Positions 48,546 through 58,928 of a stretch of DNA of 64,000 nt are shown in pieces. The position numbers and the translations under genes are program-made. The stretch comes from a phage, in sequence record PZ171033.1. The stretch is one strand, 5' to 3'. How positions within the stretch are numbered: position 1 is the first letter of the stretch; each line of letters begins with the position of its first letter. The notes below the pieces were generated by a model. That model was not told the origin of the DNA, ran no database searches, and worked only from the letters and a program-made list of their open reading frames with translations.

Positions 48546-51500
48546 TTAGCTTGCAATATACACGCCTGCATTAGTATATCCACTCAGTACTCTTGTTTTG
48601 AAAGTTGTATCAACAGTACTCGATGCAGGAGTAGTTCCAAGAACACAGGATTGAATTCGACCGACAACCTGAACACCGGAACCAAAGTCAGTACCCATAG
48701 TAGTATCAGGGGAAGCGATAGGTTTATCAGAATGCGAGTCCCAACGAAAAACACATCCAACAAAGTCAAACAAACCAGATCGGTATGTAGCCCCTGATCC
48801 TCCCACACCAAATAACTCACAAGATGTGAATGTTATTTTATTGTACGAGGTGTTACCTGTACGTGTAACAGCATTATCAAAAAAACCCTTGTTCATACGT
48901 TGGTTACTAACAGCAATAGTCATATCAGTCCAAGCAGAAGTACATGGAATTACATGAGCACTGCGTTCAATATGAATTTCCTGTTTAGTACCATACGAAG
49001 TAAACTTGAATCCATCCACACGAGCAGCATTCAACGAATCCTGGTTAATACGTCCAAGACGTTCCAGCTCAATATTACTGACCTTCACAATATACCGGGA
49101 ACCTGAACGGTTAATTGCGTTCATTTGAGCAGAAGTAATGCTGGTATAGTTGCGTTCGTTGTAGACAACACGATAATTAGTATTACCTAAATAGCGATTA
49201 CTACCACCACCAAAAGTGACACCATCTACGGTATGGAACTGAGGAAGAACCTGATACTGCTCAAAATTACTTCCCCCAGACACACCAAGGTTAATGGTGC
49301 GAATGTCCATGTTGGGATTGGTATTCGCAATATCGTACTCTACATTGTTTATAAAGATGTCCGGGCAATATCCCAGCATTGCATGGTCTGCCTTAGGCTC
49401 CATGGCAGTAACAACACTGTGACCAGTACAACCAGAGTGTAGAGTTACCTTAAGGTTTTTAACAATAACCTTACCATCCCAGGAGTTATTATAATCATAC
49501 TTAGTAGACCAGAAATCTTCCGATGCCTTATCTAAACTAAGGTTATGATGACAATCCAGGGCAGTCCATGTTCCCCAGCCCATACCATTACAATGGTTGG
49601 TTATAGTGCATCCTTGGATAAATACATCAGATACACCGCAGTGACCACCAACACTACGCAGTTTACTATCGCGTACGGTAAGCCCACGATAATAATTACC
49701 ATCTATACCGGACCAACCAGACAGTGAGTTTATGCGTTCAGCTGTTACACTAGAGGCTTGGGTAAGCATTACGGTATAGCCTCCCCCATACGTTTCAGGG
49801 AAGTTTGCATCCAAACTATAATCAGTAATATAAGACCGAGCACAACGGTTAAATTCAATAAAGCTCATAGCAAAGCCATTATTCTTAGAAGCAACATTAT
49901 TACCAAGAATATTAACGTTATTGCGTTCGCAGAATATAACCCAACCAATACCAGCACCATCCAGGATAATGTTTGGAGCTTTAAATGTAAGTTCTTTAAC
50001 AAATGGTTTGTAACTTACAGTTGGTGCAGAAGTAAAAGAATGGTAATGATTATAGCTTAATGCCCCTTTCTGGTCAGTCTCGTTAACCTCAATTTTGTAT
50101 TGAGGTGAACCTGCTGCTGACGCATTTGCCTTACGCTGCAACCAAACATCTGTGGATTCAAAAGAAAGCCACCCGGATAGCCCAGTTACATCTATAGATT
50201 TTTTACCACGAGAAAAAGTTTCAGATGCAAACTGTGCGGTTACATCCCGAGATTCCTGAGGAATACGGAAAAGAATACTGGTATTGTTCCAGTTCTCACT
50301 ATTGCCATCATTGGTAGTACAGATAATGGTTGCTGCACTAAAGTCAGCAGGTACTTCTATATCAATAGGGTCAGTAGGATGAGCATCCAGTACATAAGTA
50401 CCAGAGGCGCTAACGGAAAGTCCTTTGGCCTTAGCCTCTGCAAGCATAGCCTTAAAAACTGCTGTGTGGTTGGTTTCTGTACCATTACTAAACATTTCAG
50501 GGGTAAGAATAACACCCTTATTATTTAATAATTCATCGACTGAACCAGGTAACGGAACCAGGTCTACGGTGATGCTACCCGGATTGTAAGTAAGTTTCCC
50601 ATTGGATACCGAACCAATGTAAATGTTGGTTGGTAATGGTGGCAAACCATAAGCCTTCTGGGCAGCTACGTCATAAATAATCTTCTTGTCATTAAGGTAC
50701 TGGGTAGTGTTAGTACTCAGAATGACGTCAGTATCTTTGACATTAGACGAGCGTGCCACTTCCTGAATGGTTCGGTCTGACATAATTAATGTCTCAGACT
50801 CGCCACCAATAGTAATAATAAGACGATCATTGGTTGCCAATGGCTCGGTCAACATAATACGTTGGTTATCAGCATCAACGGTATAAGAGTTTTCTGACAG
50901 ACCAGCATAGTAACGAGCACCATTCTTATAAATAGCAGGTATAGACTGGAAGATATAAGGAATCTGAATTACCTGTTCGCCCCCGGAAGCATAACCACCA
51001 TTGTATAACCAGTTAATCTGAACCCAGTCATTAACATTAGGATTATCAGGTACAGCAGGAGTTCCAGTTAAAAGGATTATTACTTCATCACCTTCCTCAA
51101 GAGGTTGAGCCAGGGTTACTGACAGACTATCCACGTTAAACTCAAAACCACGCCCTACATACTGCATATTGCCGTTAATGACGATAAAAGGTACACCTAC
51201 TGTTCCATCCGGTACGTTAATGGAAGTTTCACCACCAGTAGCAGAACCGTTTGCGTATACCCAAGGAATATAAGCACCCCCACCAGAGGAAGTATCACCA
51301 CTATTGGAACCAGATGTAGCAACAGTGATCCATGAACCAGTTGCAGTAGTATCGTTAGGTATAATGCCGGTACGGTCATCTTCTACATAAAGATAGTCAG
51401 TTACCTGACGGTCACTCGCACGGGAGAACCCGTAGATACGAGCATACTTAGCATTAGTAGTGAGGGCTTTAAGTTCTGTCTCAGACTGTACACCAATAAC

Positions 51501-51686
51501 CATTCCATACTGATTCAGAAGATCATACAGAAGTTTAAGGTTACCCAAGTTACAGTAAACAGTACGAACCACATGGTAAGCATTACCAAGCAGTGCATCT
51601 ACCATTGGATCATTAGAACTGTTCTGACAGTAAGGATTGGACCAATCCTGACTTGCATCAAAGGGGGTATGTGCGTTCATCGCCAT
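48546..51686 (-). CDS. large tail fiber / tail sheath-like protein
   Basis: 1046 aa, repetitive beta-rich sequence. Confidence 0.55.
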   Translation of the reverse strand: MAMNAHTPFDASQDWSNPYCQNSSNDPMVDALLGNAYHVVRTVYCNLGNLKLLYDLLNQYGMVIGVQSETELKALTTNAKYARIYGFSRASDRQVTDYLYVEDDRTGIIPNDTTATGSWITVATSGSNSGDTSSGGGAYIPWVYANGSATGGETSINVPDGTVGVPFIVINGNMQYVGRGFEFNVDSLSVTLAQPLEEGDEVIILLTGTPAVPDNPNVNDWVQINWLYNGGYASGGEQVIQIPYIFQSIPAIYKNGARYYAGLSENSYTVDADNQRIMLTEPLATNDRLIITIGGESETLIMSDRTIQEVARSSNVKDTDVILSTNTTQYLNDKKIIYDVAAQKAYGLPPLPTNIYIGSVSNGKLTYNPGSITVDLVPLPGSVDELLNNKGVILTPEMFSNGTETNHTAVFKAMLAEAKAKGLSVSASGTYVLDAHPTDPIDIEVPADFSAATIICTTNDGNSENWNNTSILFRIPQESRDVTAQFASETFSRGKKSIDVTGLSGWLSFESTDVWLQRKANASAAGSPQYKIEVNETDQKGALSYNHYHSFTSAPTVSYKPFVKELTFKAPNIILDGAGIGWVIFCERNNVNILGNNVASKNNGFAMSFIEFNRCARSYITDYSLDANFPETYGGGYTVMLTQASSVTAERINSLSGWSGIDGNYYRGLTVRDSKLRSVGGHCGVSDVFIQGCTITNHCNGMGWGTWTALDCHHNLSLDKASEDFWSTKYDYNNSWDGKVIVKNLKVTLHSGCTGHSVVTAMEPKADHAMLGYCPDIFINNVEYDIANTNPNMDIRTINLGVSGGSNFEQYQVLPQFHTVDGVTFGGGSNRYLGNTNYRVVYNERNYTSITSAQMNAINRSGSRYIVKVSNIELERLGRINQDSLNAARVDGFKFTSYGTKQEIHIERSAHVIPCTSAWTDMTIAVSNQRMNKGFFDNAVTRTGNTSYNKITFTSCELFGVGGSGATYRSGLFDFVGCVFRWDSHSDKPIASPDTTMGTDFGSGVQVVGRIQSCVLGTTPASSTVDTTFKTRVLSGYTNAGVYIAS

Positions 51687-52387
51687 CCTCGTTGTTCAAA
51701 TTTAGTTTCGGTAATTGAAATACTTCCATTAGCCAGGTCGTAATCAACAACCTCACCACAGATGCTTTCATATGTTTGCAGATACTCTGCTGCTTTAGCG
51801 TTAGCTTCGGGAGTATTCAAACCAGTGTGGTAACGGTAACCCACCCAGTTATGAAGTGCCGTCATTAGCGTATCAGCTAAATCAACTTCCTGTTCTTCAT
51901 CACCCGTAAGAACTGGGTGCTTAGCTTGATACGTTACGTTAAGTGCCTCAAAGTGTCGAGGTCGCATACACTGAATAGTATCAGGCCGTGGAGTGAAAAT
52001 AGCACGAGGGTCTGAGTCGTCGTTCAGTCTACGTCGATTCCCAGAGTTATCAAACACATTTAGGATTTTAATAACATCATCCTGGAAAGGCTTCATGAAC
52101 CCATCCATGATGTACGGATATTGAACCTCAAGGGTAGGCTTAGTAAATCTGGAGTAAGCATATTTGGATTGAAGAGGATAATCAGTACGACCTTCCTTCA
52201 TCTCCACAATGCAGCTATTTGTCTTAAGAGGGAAACGACTATACAGTCGTACCAGTCCTTCATTAATAGCTGCCAGTATCTCCGGCTTACTATCTGGTTC
52301 AATATCCAGTCTGTCATCCGTGACTGAACCAGTACCTTTTAAGGTACTTAGTGCCAAGCCACGGTATACTTCCGATAATTTCTGCAT
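51677..52387 (-). CDS. structural/assembly protein
   Basis: 236 aa between terminase and tail genes. Confidence 0.5.
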   Translation of the reverse strand: MQKLSEVYRGLALSTLKGTGSVTDDRLDIEPDSKPEILAAINEGLVRLYSRFPLKTNSCIVEMKEGRTDYPLQSKYAYSRFTKPTLEVQYPYIMDGFMKPFQDDVIKILNVFDNSGNRRRLNDDSDPRAIFTPRPDTIQCMRPRHFEALNVTYQAKHPVLTGDEEQEVDLADTLMTALHNWVGYRYHTGLNTPEANAKAAEYLQTYESICGEVVDYDLANGSISITETKFEQRGWR

Positions 52388-52393
52388 GGTTCC

Positions 52394-54004
52394 TCACACA
52401 ATGTATGAACGTAGTGGATTAACACTATCTTCTTCTTCCTCATCCCACATTGGGTCACCCTTGTTATCCACCAAAGTCATACCTGCTTGTGGTTTCCAAG
52501 GATTGAGATAACCCAGCATGGAGATAGTATCAATACAGTCATCCTTACCTTTAATCCCATTAATGGTAGCTAGTTTAATCTGGCCCATGAACAGACCCAT
52601 AATAGTCGTATCTCTCAACTCTTCTGGGAAGTACATCTTACCAGCTTTGAACCATGGAACTACCAGGTTAAAGCGTGACAGTTTAGAGGTTACAGGACGG
52701 ATGCCTGGCTTACCACCCTCAGAGGATGCAAAGTTAAAGAAGACATTACGGTTAATCATTTCTTTCTGAAGGAGTGAGATAAATCCATTTTGTTGTCCTG
52801 TAATTTCGACACCAACGTTTTGTGGTTGGTATTCCTGAACCAGACGGAAGAGGTCGTCAAAGTTCTTATCCATAAGCTGACGATTAGCCACACCATCAAC
52901 CCAGAACCAATCTCCATTAGAACTATAAGCCCAAACTGATATGACACTGTAGTCACTGGTCTGTTTCTCCGAAGTAGCAAAGTCAGTTGTAATATAATAG
53001 TTGTAGCAGGACTTCATCCTTAACAGTTGCTGTCTGCTGTACCATTTAATCTCACTATCCTGAACAAGGCGTTCATCTTCAGAACTAATACGAAGCATAA
53101 GTTCCTGGTAGAAGCCAGCCAGCTTACCAGTCTTAACTGCCATGTCATATTGGGCTTTGATGTAGTCGTAGGAGAAACGGTCATCCCATGCACCCTGAAA
53201 TTCTTCTCTACTACAGGGGAACTTCTCACATACAGGCCATACGTTTACATCCCATGCACCAGACTCTACTGCTTCAATGATAATGTCTTCCTTATTAAAG
53301 GGAGTACCATTGAAGATTACTTTACGACGAGTAGGGTCAAGAGCATGGTTCACACCTTTATAAACAGTATCTTTAATAGCTTCCATGCTAGTCTTAGAGT
53401 TAGCATCACCATCACTAATCAAGTCATCCAGTACACAGAGTGTTGGACGTTTACCATATATCTTCGTACCACGAAGACCTGTCTTAGCACCAAACAACTT
53501 AACACCAAGTCGATGTCCTTCTACATTACGGAACTCCAGTAGGTTATCCGTAAAGGTAGCTTCAGGTATCCATTGCTGAAGGAACTCACTATTCTTGTAA
53601 CGAAATTCAATGTTCTTACGTGCAGACTTAGCACCGTTATCCATTGAGTCAGATACGTAAATCATTCCTTCTACTTTACCCAGGCTAGGTAAGTGACCAA
53701 ACACTGCCAGAAACAAAGTAAAGTATTCCATGAATACAGCAGTCTTACCTGCACCACGGAAGCACAGGTTAACTACATACTGGTTCGGACTAATCATCTT
53801 ATCCAGCATCTTCAGGTGAACTGGAGGTGTTTTGTTGGATTCACCTTCTTTGCCATTAACCAACTTAATAAAGTTGGCAAAGGTAAGAGCAAACTGACTA
53901 GGAACATAGTTAGATGAATTAAGGTGGGAGTAATCCACCTGGTCCAGCCATTCATCTAGTTCCTGTTTAATTAACTCAGACATCTGTAATGTCCTCATCT
54001 GCAC
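52394..54004 (-). CDS. terL: terminase large subunit
   Basis: Walker A CFRGAGKTAV, Walker B LCVLDDLISD, nuclease-domain YYITTDFATS. Confidence 0.85.
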   Translation of the reverse strand: MQMRTLQMSELIKQELDEWLDQVDYSHLNSSNYVPSQFALTFANFIKLVNGKEGESNKTPPVHLKMLDKMISPNQYVVNLCFRGAGKTAVFMEYFTLFLAVFGHLPSLGKVEGMIYVSDSMDNGAKSARKNIEFRYKNSEFLQQWIPEATFTDNLLEFRNVEGHRLGVKLFGAKTGLRGTKIYGKRPTLCVLDDLISDGDANSKTSMEAIKDTVYKGVNHALDPTRRKVIFNGTPFNKEDIIIEAVESGAWDVNVWPVCEKFPCSREEFQGAWDDRFSYDYIKAQYDMAVKTGKLAGFYQELMLRISSEDERLVQDSEIKWYSRQQLLRMKSCYNYYITTDFATSEKQTSDYSVISVWAYSSNGDWFWVDGVANRQLMDKNFDDLFRLVQEYQPQNVGVEITGQQNGFISLLQKEMINRNVFFNFASSEGGKPGIRPVTSKLSRFNLVVPWFKAGKMYFPEELRDTTIMGLFMGQIKLATINGIKGKDDCIDTISMLGYLNPWKPQAGMTLVDNKGDPMWDEEEEDSVNPLRSYIV

Positions 54005-54665
54005 GAACTAGTTTAGAACCAGCAACCTCTTTGGTAGGTACACCACTATTGATTGCATTGATTTGCTGCTCAGCTAATGCAGCAAGTGTTGCCTTGAGGT
54101 CAGTTAATCCAGAGTTCTCTCTCAAGTCCAGATTGATATTTGTTACCTGGTCTTTCGGTTTAGCTAAGTGAGTAAGGATAGAGTTAGCTGCATCACATCT
54201 TACTTTCTCACTCGCTGCTGTAGTCATTAGTTCAACCTGAACGTTGATAGCCTTCTGATAATTATCTTGGTTCACAATCCACACTGGAACCAAACTTTGT
54301 TCCATGATGAGGTTAACTAGCTTACCCCTGTGGTAAGCAGATACATAAGCACTAATATCTTTCTCACTGGTTCCTCGTGCTACGAGTTCTGCTTGTCGGT
54401 TGGGGAATGTCTTGAAGTAGGCTTCCTTATTTGAGTAGCCCATGTGCTTGTAAGTCACATACTGAACTGCATTCATGTAGTCCTGTGTCTTAAACTTACC
54501 TTCCTTCATTACACCAGAGTAGGAGATAAAGTTTTCACGGAAGGACTCAGCAACCAGTTGGTCTTGGGTTATGTTGTTAATCGTGTCTACCAACTCCTGG
54601 GTCACACTGTTTTTGAAGTTAGCAGGTAGTGCATTAATAATCTGCTGCTTAGTTAGTTCACTCAT
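53976..54665 (-). CDS. putative terminase small subunit
   Basis: 229 aa immediately upstream of and overlapping terL. Confidence 0.35.
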   Translation of the reverse strand: MSELTKQQIINALPANFKNSVTQELVDTINNITQDQLVAESFRENFISYSGVMKEGKFKTQDYMNAVQYVTYKHMGYSNKEAYFKTFPNRQAELVARGTSEKDISAYVSAYHRGKLVNLIMEQSLVPVWIVNQDNYQKAINVQVELMTTAASEKVRCDAANSILTHLAKPKDQVTNINLDLRENSGLTDLKATLAALAEQQINAINSGVPTKEVAGSKLVRADEDITDV

Positions 54666-54836
54666 ACTTATCTCGCTACAAAGTTATGTCTATTAAAGAA
54701 GATTCTTTTCTTGGGGTGAGTTACCCCTTGAAGAAACGATACCATACAGTTACACTTTAGTCATGATATAGAAAAAGTTCATGATACTAAATAGTATGTA
54801 ATGTTCCGATGACCCTATTCCCAAAAGGAGTAACAT

Positions 54837-55127
54837 TTGAGAATCTATATGAGAGTCCATGACTCTAAAGATGAATACGCAGAGGTAGACCACACCGAAG
54901 CTGGTATTCTTTCAGATGATATTATCATCACACATGATGAAGATACCTATCATGAATTAGCTGGGATGATGCTTTTAGAGAATCGTCCGGGCATTAACAT
55001 CCTGGAACCAAGAGAAACTTACTCTTTAGAAAAACGTTTTTCAGCTCTCGTGTTCTTCACAAAATTACCTCATAGTGTCTCCGTCAGGCGAAGCAAAGAC
55101 AGTGTTCGGATGACGGTGACGATGTGA
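54837..55127 (+). CDS. small protein, member of paralogous family
   Basis: Probable TTG start with AAAGGAG 7 nt upstream; motif IIITHDEDTYHELAGMMLL. Confidence 0.4.
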   Translation: MRIYMRVHDSKDEYAEVDHTEAGILSDDIIITHDEDTYHELAGMMLLENRPGINILEPRETYSLEKRFSALVFFTKLPHSVSVRRSKDSVRMTVTM

Positions 55128-55275
55128 TTAGTCATGCCGCCTAGTAGACAGTGGCGGTACTCGTAAAGAGTTAATAACTTCTACAGTCAGGGTTGCCCGG
55201 CTCCTTTCCTACCTAGTAGGCTAACGATACACATGTATCTAGGGTGATGAACTGGCCCGTGATAGAAAACGGTAA

Positions 55276-55312
55276 GGGGTAGAGTCGAGAGGCTCTACCC
55301 CATTTCTTTTTT
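55276..55312 (+). terminator. intrinsic terminator
   Basis: GGGGTAGAG/CTCTACCCC stem then TTTCTTTTTT. Confidence 0.6.
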
Positions 55313-55327
55313 AGGAGGTATGCAAAT

Positions 55328-55723
55328 ATGAGCATCTACGCTTTTGATATTGATATTACCGGTGTACTTCGTAAGCAGGAACCCTACTACCTAGGGGAAC
55401 CAGAGATGGTAAGTAAGTTCTTATCTAAACATGCAGTCTTCCTACCAGACTGTGAAGAATCCCATGAGATAGTTGGTTCATTCTTCTTAAGTAACCTGCA
55501 AATCAATACACGTATACTTACTGAACCAGTTGTGTATGACCTTACTGAGTATGCAGACTTCGAAACATTCTTCCCAGGAGTTAGGTTCTATAAAGTACCT
55601 GGCTGGGAAATGATTGTTGAACATAACCTCTTTAATAAAACACTTTCCATTTACTTCAGACCTATCCCTAAAGGAAGGAAAATCCATCATGAAATTCATA
55701 CTGACCGCCCCCAGTTTTATTAA
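55328..55723 (+). CDS. small protein, paralogous family
   Basis: AGGAGGT RBS; motif HEIVGSFFL. Confidence 0.5.
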   Translation: MSIYAFDIDITGVLRKQEPYYLGEPEMVSKFLSKHAVFLPDCEESHEIVGSFFLSNLQINTRILTEPVVYDLTEYADFETFFPGVRFYKVPGWEMIVEHNLFNKTLSIYFRPIPKGRKIHHEIHTDRPQFY

Positions 55724-56003
55724 AGGGGAATCCTTATACACAACAGACTTTACTTTAGAAGAAGTCATAGACAGCAACCCTCAGCATGTAATTCTGGTTC
55801 CTACCCTAGAGGACTACCATGAAGTAAGGGGTCAACTCTTCTTAGCAGGTAATGATCGTAAGGTTGTGTGTATCATTCCTCCTTCTGTCTATACCAATAG
55901 TGGTGCGTATGATGCTCTACCTTTTATGTTGGTATCCGAGGACTACCAATGGGATAGTCGCTACGAGAATGAGGAATACCGCTACTACTATGTAAGGAAG
56001 TAA
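55689..56003 (+). CDS. small protein, paralogous family
   Basis: AAGGAAGG RBS before ATG 55689; motif HVILVPTLEDYHEVRGQLFL. Confidence 0.45.
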   Translation: MKFILTAPSFIKGESLYTTDFTLEEVIDSNPQHVILVPTLEDYHEVRGQLFLAGNDRKVVCIIPPSVYTNSGAYDALPFMLVSEDYQWDSRYENEEYRYYYVRK

Positions 56004-56006
56004 GAT

Positions 56007-56324
56007 ATGCACTTCTATGGTTTGAGCTATCGTAGTACCAACCCCCTTAATCTGGGGGTAGGTAAATCCCATTGGATGAGAATAAGCACGCCTATGACCA
56101 TGTACTACGAACAATGTGAAAAAGCGGATGAGTTCATCGGAACCTGTCTATTATTAGGCGTACCTATTACCTTTATTAAAATAGATACTTCCATTGAAGT
56201 TCCAGAGAATGTAGTTGTATACATCTACTCTTCCTGTGAACCTCTGATAGAAACTACCCTTACGGGTAGACTTATTACCCTCTACCCTTCTACCTCATAT
56301 TTATCTAGCGACGAGAGTCTCTAA
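56007..56324 (+). CDS. small hypothetical protein
   Basis: 105 aa. Confidence 0.5.
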   Translation: MHFYGLSYRSTNPLNLGVGKSHWMRISTPMTMYYEQCEKADEFIGTCLLLGVPITFIKIDTSIEVPENVVVYIYSSCEPLIETTLTGRLITLYPSTSYLSSDESL

Positions 56325-56608
56325 TGGTTATCAGTAAAATTTATCCAGAGCCTAATGAGGAAAATTACATCCTCCATAAAGAAATAGCTGACCCGAATGC
56401 TGATGTACTTATCCTGGTTCCAGATGAACAGTCTCTACATGTGATACAAGGATTACTCTTCCTATACAATAAGAATTCGGTAGTACATCTACTTGAACCA
56501 GAAACACCTATGTCCTGGCAGGGTAGCTTTAGTCCTTGGCATCTTAATACAGACAAGTACATCCTTTCATTCGAGGGTAACACTCCCATCTATAAGGAAA
56601 GGAACTAA
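56324..56608 (+). CDS. small protein, paralogous family
   Basis: Motif VLILVPDEQSLHVIQGLLFL. Confidence 0.5.
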   Translation: MVISKIYPEPNEENYILHKEIADPNADVLILVPDEQSLHVIQGLLFLYNKNSVVHLLEPETPMSWQGSFSPWHLNTDKYILSFEGNTPIYKERN

Positions 56609-56611
56609 AAC

Positions 56612-56950
56612 ATGAACGTTAAGCTCTTGGGAATGAGTGGTACTGACTTACTGCATTATTCCTCTGTACCAGAAAAAGCAATCATCCATATTATGACCTA
56701 TGGGAGTTCTACACTAATAATGGAACCAGGAGAGTTAGCAGACTTTGCACAGGGGCATAAACTTATTACTAACAGTAATGCAGAGATAGTTATCCTGCAA
56801 AACGGTGAGTCAGTCTCCATACCATTGGGAGATTATGCTCATGTGTTTATCAAAGATGCTACCGTAAGGAATAGTAGTGGTAACCCTAACCATCCTGACT
56901 ATTACTCTGGCATAGCACGTATCATCACCAGAACCTCCCCTCCTATTTAA
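56612..56950 (+). CDS. small hypothetical protein
   Basis: 112 aa. Confidence 0.5.
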   Translation: MNVKLLGMSGTDLLHYSSVPEKAIIHIMTYGSSTLIMEPGELADFAQGHKLITNSNAEIVILQNGESVSIPLGDYAHVFIKDATVRNSSGNPNHPDYYSGIARIITRTSPPI

Positions 56951-57108
56951 CTGCTTATAAGTGAGATAGCTATGATATTTTTGCATGTCAAAATGTTGAT
57001 AGCTATGTATGGCTACAGTGGTGTGGCTGGGGCTACACCCTTACACTCAACCATCCCCCCCGGTATGTTGACCGTGTAGCCACTACCCTACCCCACCTTA
57101 CACGTTAC

Positions 57109-57123
57109 ACATGCTCCGCATGT
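57109..57123 (+). promoter_or_regulatory. 3-nt-loop hairpin, candidate vRNAP early promoter
   Basis: ACATGC-TCC-GCATGT, then NNNGG; intergenic upstream of gene at 57166. Confidence 0.35.
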
Positions 57124-57165
57124 TATGGACATGTCGTCCTATCATCAACTATTGGAGCTATCATC

Positions 57166-57489
57166 ATGACCACTACCGCTACTGTACGTATGACTGCAGG
57201 AACTTTACTTGGTACTGTTAACTCAGCTGCTACTACTGTTGCAGATACATTTGGTACAGCAACTAAAGCAGTAGGTATGCTTAATTCATATGTAAGTACT
57301 ATGGCAGAGAAACAAGCCATCCGTACTAAATTAGAAATGCATACCTTTGTTAATAAACTGGCAGAGGAAACAGCTATGACTGAGACTCTGCGTAAGAAAA
57401 GTATCGAGGAATTCTGCAAGGATTCAGAGAACGCTCGTATCTATAACGCAGAATATTCCAAAGTAATTGACATCCTGACTAAAGACTAA
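57166..57489 (+). CDS. early protein
   Basis: 107 aa. Confidence 0.5.
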   Translation: MTTTATVRMTAGTLLGTVNSAATTVADTFGTATKAVGMLNSYVSTMAEKQAIRTKLEMHTFVNKLAEETAMTETLRKKSIEEFCKDSENARIYNAEYSKVIDILTKD

Positions 57490-57496
57490 GTCACAT

Positions 57497-57524
57497 AGGA
57501 GACTCTTCGGAGTCTCCTGTTTTG
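57497..57524 (+). terminator. intrinsic terminator
   Basis: GGAGACTC-TTCG-GAGTCTCC then TGTTTTG. Confidence 0.6.
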
Positions 57525-57597
57525 AACATTAGATAGATAGTCAAAAGTAGATAACTATCTACTTTAAGTTAACTAACTCGCACTATCTTTAAAAGAA

Positions 57598-57612
57598 AGA
57601 CGCTCCGCGTCT
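57598..57612 (+). promoter_or_regulatory. 3-nt-loop hairpin, candidate vRNAP early promoter
   Basis: AGACGC-TCC-GCGTCT then AAAGG. Confidence 0.35.
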
Positions 57613-57722
57613 AAAGGATAAGAATGAATCCACTTCTTATCGAAATCTTAAGTCTTTTCTTGGGTTTAGTCACCGACAGACAAACCCATAAATCAAAAAA
57701 TCATTTATCTGGAGAGTACAAA

Positions 57723-58103
57723 ATGTCTATTCAAAAATTCACTTTCGGTCAATCTAACACTGCTGCTTCTACTGCTAAAGCTGATAAACCAAAAGCTCAG
57801 TTCTGGCTGAACATTGGTTATGTGGCTAATGAAGGCTCTGATGATGAGAAATTCATCTCACTGCCTACTGGTATTCCATTGGATACTCAGGAACCGCTGC
57901 CTACTAACAGCAGCAATGCTGACTTCCGTGCTATGCGTTGTGCACAGAACGATTTGCTGGAACAGTTAATCGAATATGCTCAGAACCTGGAACCAGGTGA
58001 AGAGGGTATCATTAACCTGCAAGTTCAACTTCGTCGTGTGAAAGCAGAGGCTGCTGACATCCCAGCAGACGAGAATAAATATGCTCGTAAACTGACTTTC
58101 TAA
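57723..58103 (+). CDS. early protein
   Basis: ATG 57723 with GGAGAG RBS. Confidence 0.5.
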   Translation: MSIQKFTFGQSNTAASTAKADKPKAQFWLNIGYVANEGSDDEKFISLPTGIPLDTQEPLPTNSSNADFRAMRCAQNDLLEQLIEYAQNLEPGEEGIINLQVQLRRVKAEAADIPADENKYARKLTF

Positions 58104-58112
58104 TCAACCAAT

Positions 58113-58141
58113 AGACTCCCTTCAGGGAGTCTTTTATTTTT
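58113..58141 (+). terminator. intrinsic terminator
   Basis: AGACTCCC-TTCA-GGGAGTCT then TTTATTTTT. Confidence 0.65.
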
Positions 58142-58246
58142 AACTAGACGATAAGCTATTTCTACTTTTTGAGTATCTTTAGACGAAGGGTACTGAAACA
58201 GTAACCAGATAGATATAGATTTATATTAGATGAAGGAGTAACCATT

Positions 58247-58543
58247 ATGCGTACAATTTGTAACCGTTATAACTCACAGAAGTTGATTGAAATGTTACAA
58301 CCTTGGGGTAGTAAGATGGCACTGAATGCACGTTGGCAGGTATCTGTAGAAGGTGCAAATGGTCAGTGTTATGACCACTTCTTTGTAGCTAAGCCTACTC
58401 GTAAACAAATCCGTAAACTCCATAAAGTACGTAAGCATTACTTACTAAGCAAATGCTACGAATGCGGAAAAAGGATAGAACTGGGTAAAGAATTTACCTG
58501 GGATGGCTTAAACTATGCACACACTGACTGCCTGAAAGGATAA
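58247..58543 (+). CDS. Cys/His-rich putative zinc-binding protein
   Basis: CYECG and HTDC motifs. Confidence 0.5.
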   Translation: MRTICNRYNSQKLIEMLQPWGSKMALNARWQVSVEGANGQCYDHFFVAKPTRKQIRKLHKVRKHYLLSKCYECGKRIELGKEFTWDGLNYAHTDCLKG

Positions 58544-58547
58544 GACT

Positions 58548-58766
58548 ATGTTGGACTTCATTGCGTTTGTAATACTCTGTTATGTGCTGTATCGCCTGCG
58601 TGGTTACATTCTCAATGGAGCCAAGTGGGTAAGAACTAAGCTGGTACTTATCTGTAAGTTACCAGTTGTATTCGTTAAGTGTCTGTTTGCTTCCATAGTA
58701 GCTAAAGAAGTTCGTAAGCAACTCTGGGCTAAAGAAGCAGAAGAGTTTGCAAAGAGGAACCAGTGA
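58548..58766 (+). CDS. small membrane protein
   Basis: Hydrophobic N-terminus. Confidence 0.45.
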   Translation: MLDFIAFVILCYVLYRLRGYILNGAKWVRTKLVLICKLPVVFVKCLFASIVAKEVRKQLWAKEAEEFAKRNQ

Positions 58767-58928
58767 TATTCACTAACATTGAGGATGCCATTGAAGAATG
58801 TATCTTCCGTAGATATCACACTGGAGTACAGAAAAGACACTATGGTGTTGTACAGCTCAATGGCTATCAAATGGCTGTAAGAATTGTACGTAACAATAAA
58901 CCTTTTAACTTTATGTGGAGTACTAAAC

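Noticed and set aside
55087-55093. GCGAAGC mini-hairpin motif
   Set aside because: Single 7-mer inside a coding region; likely chance
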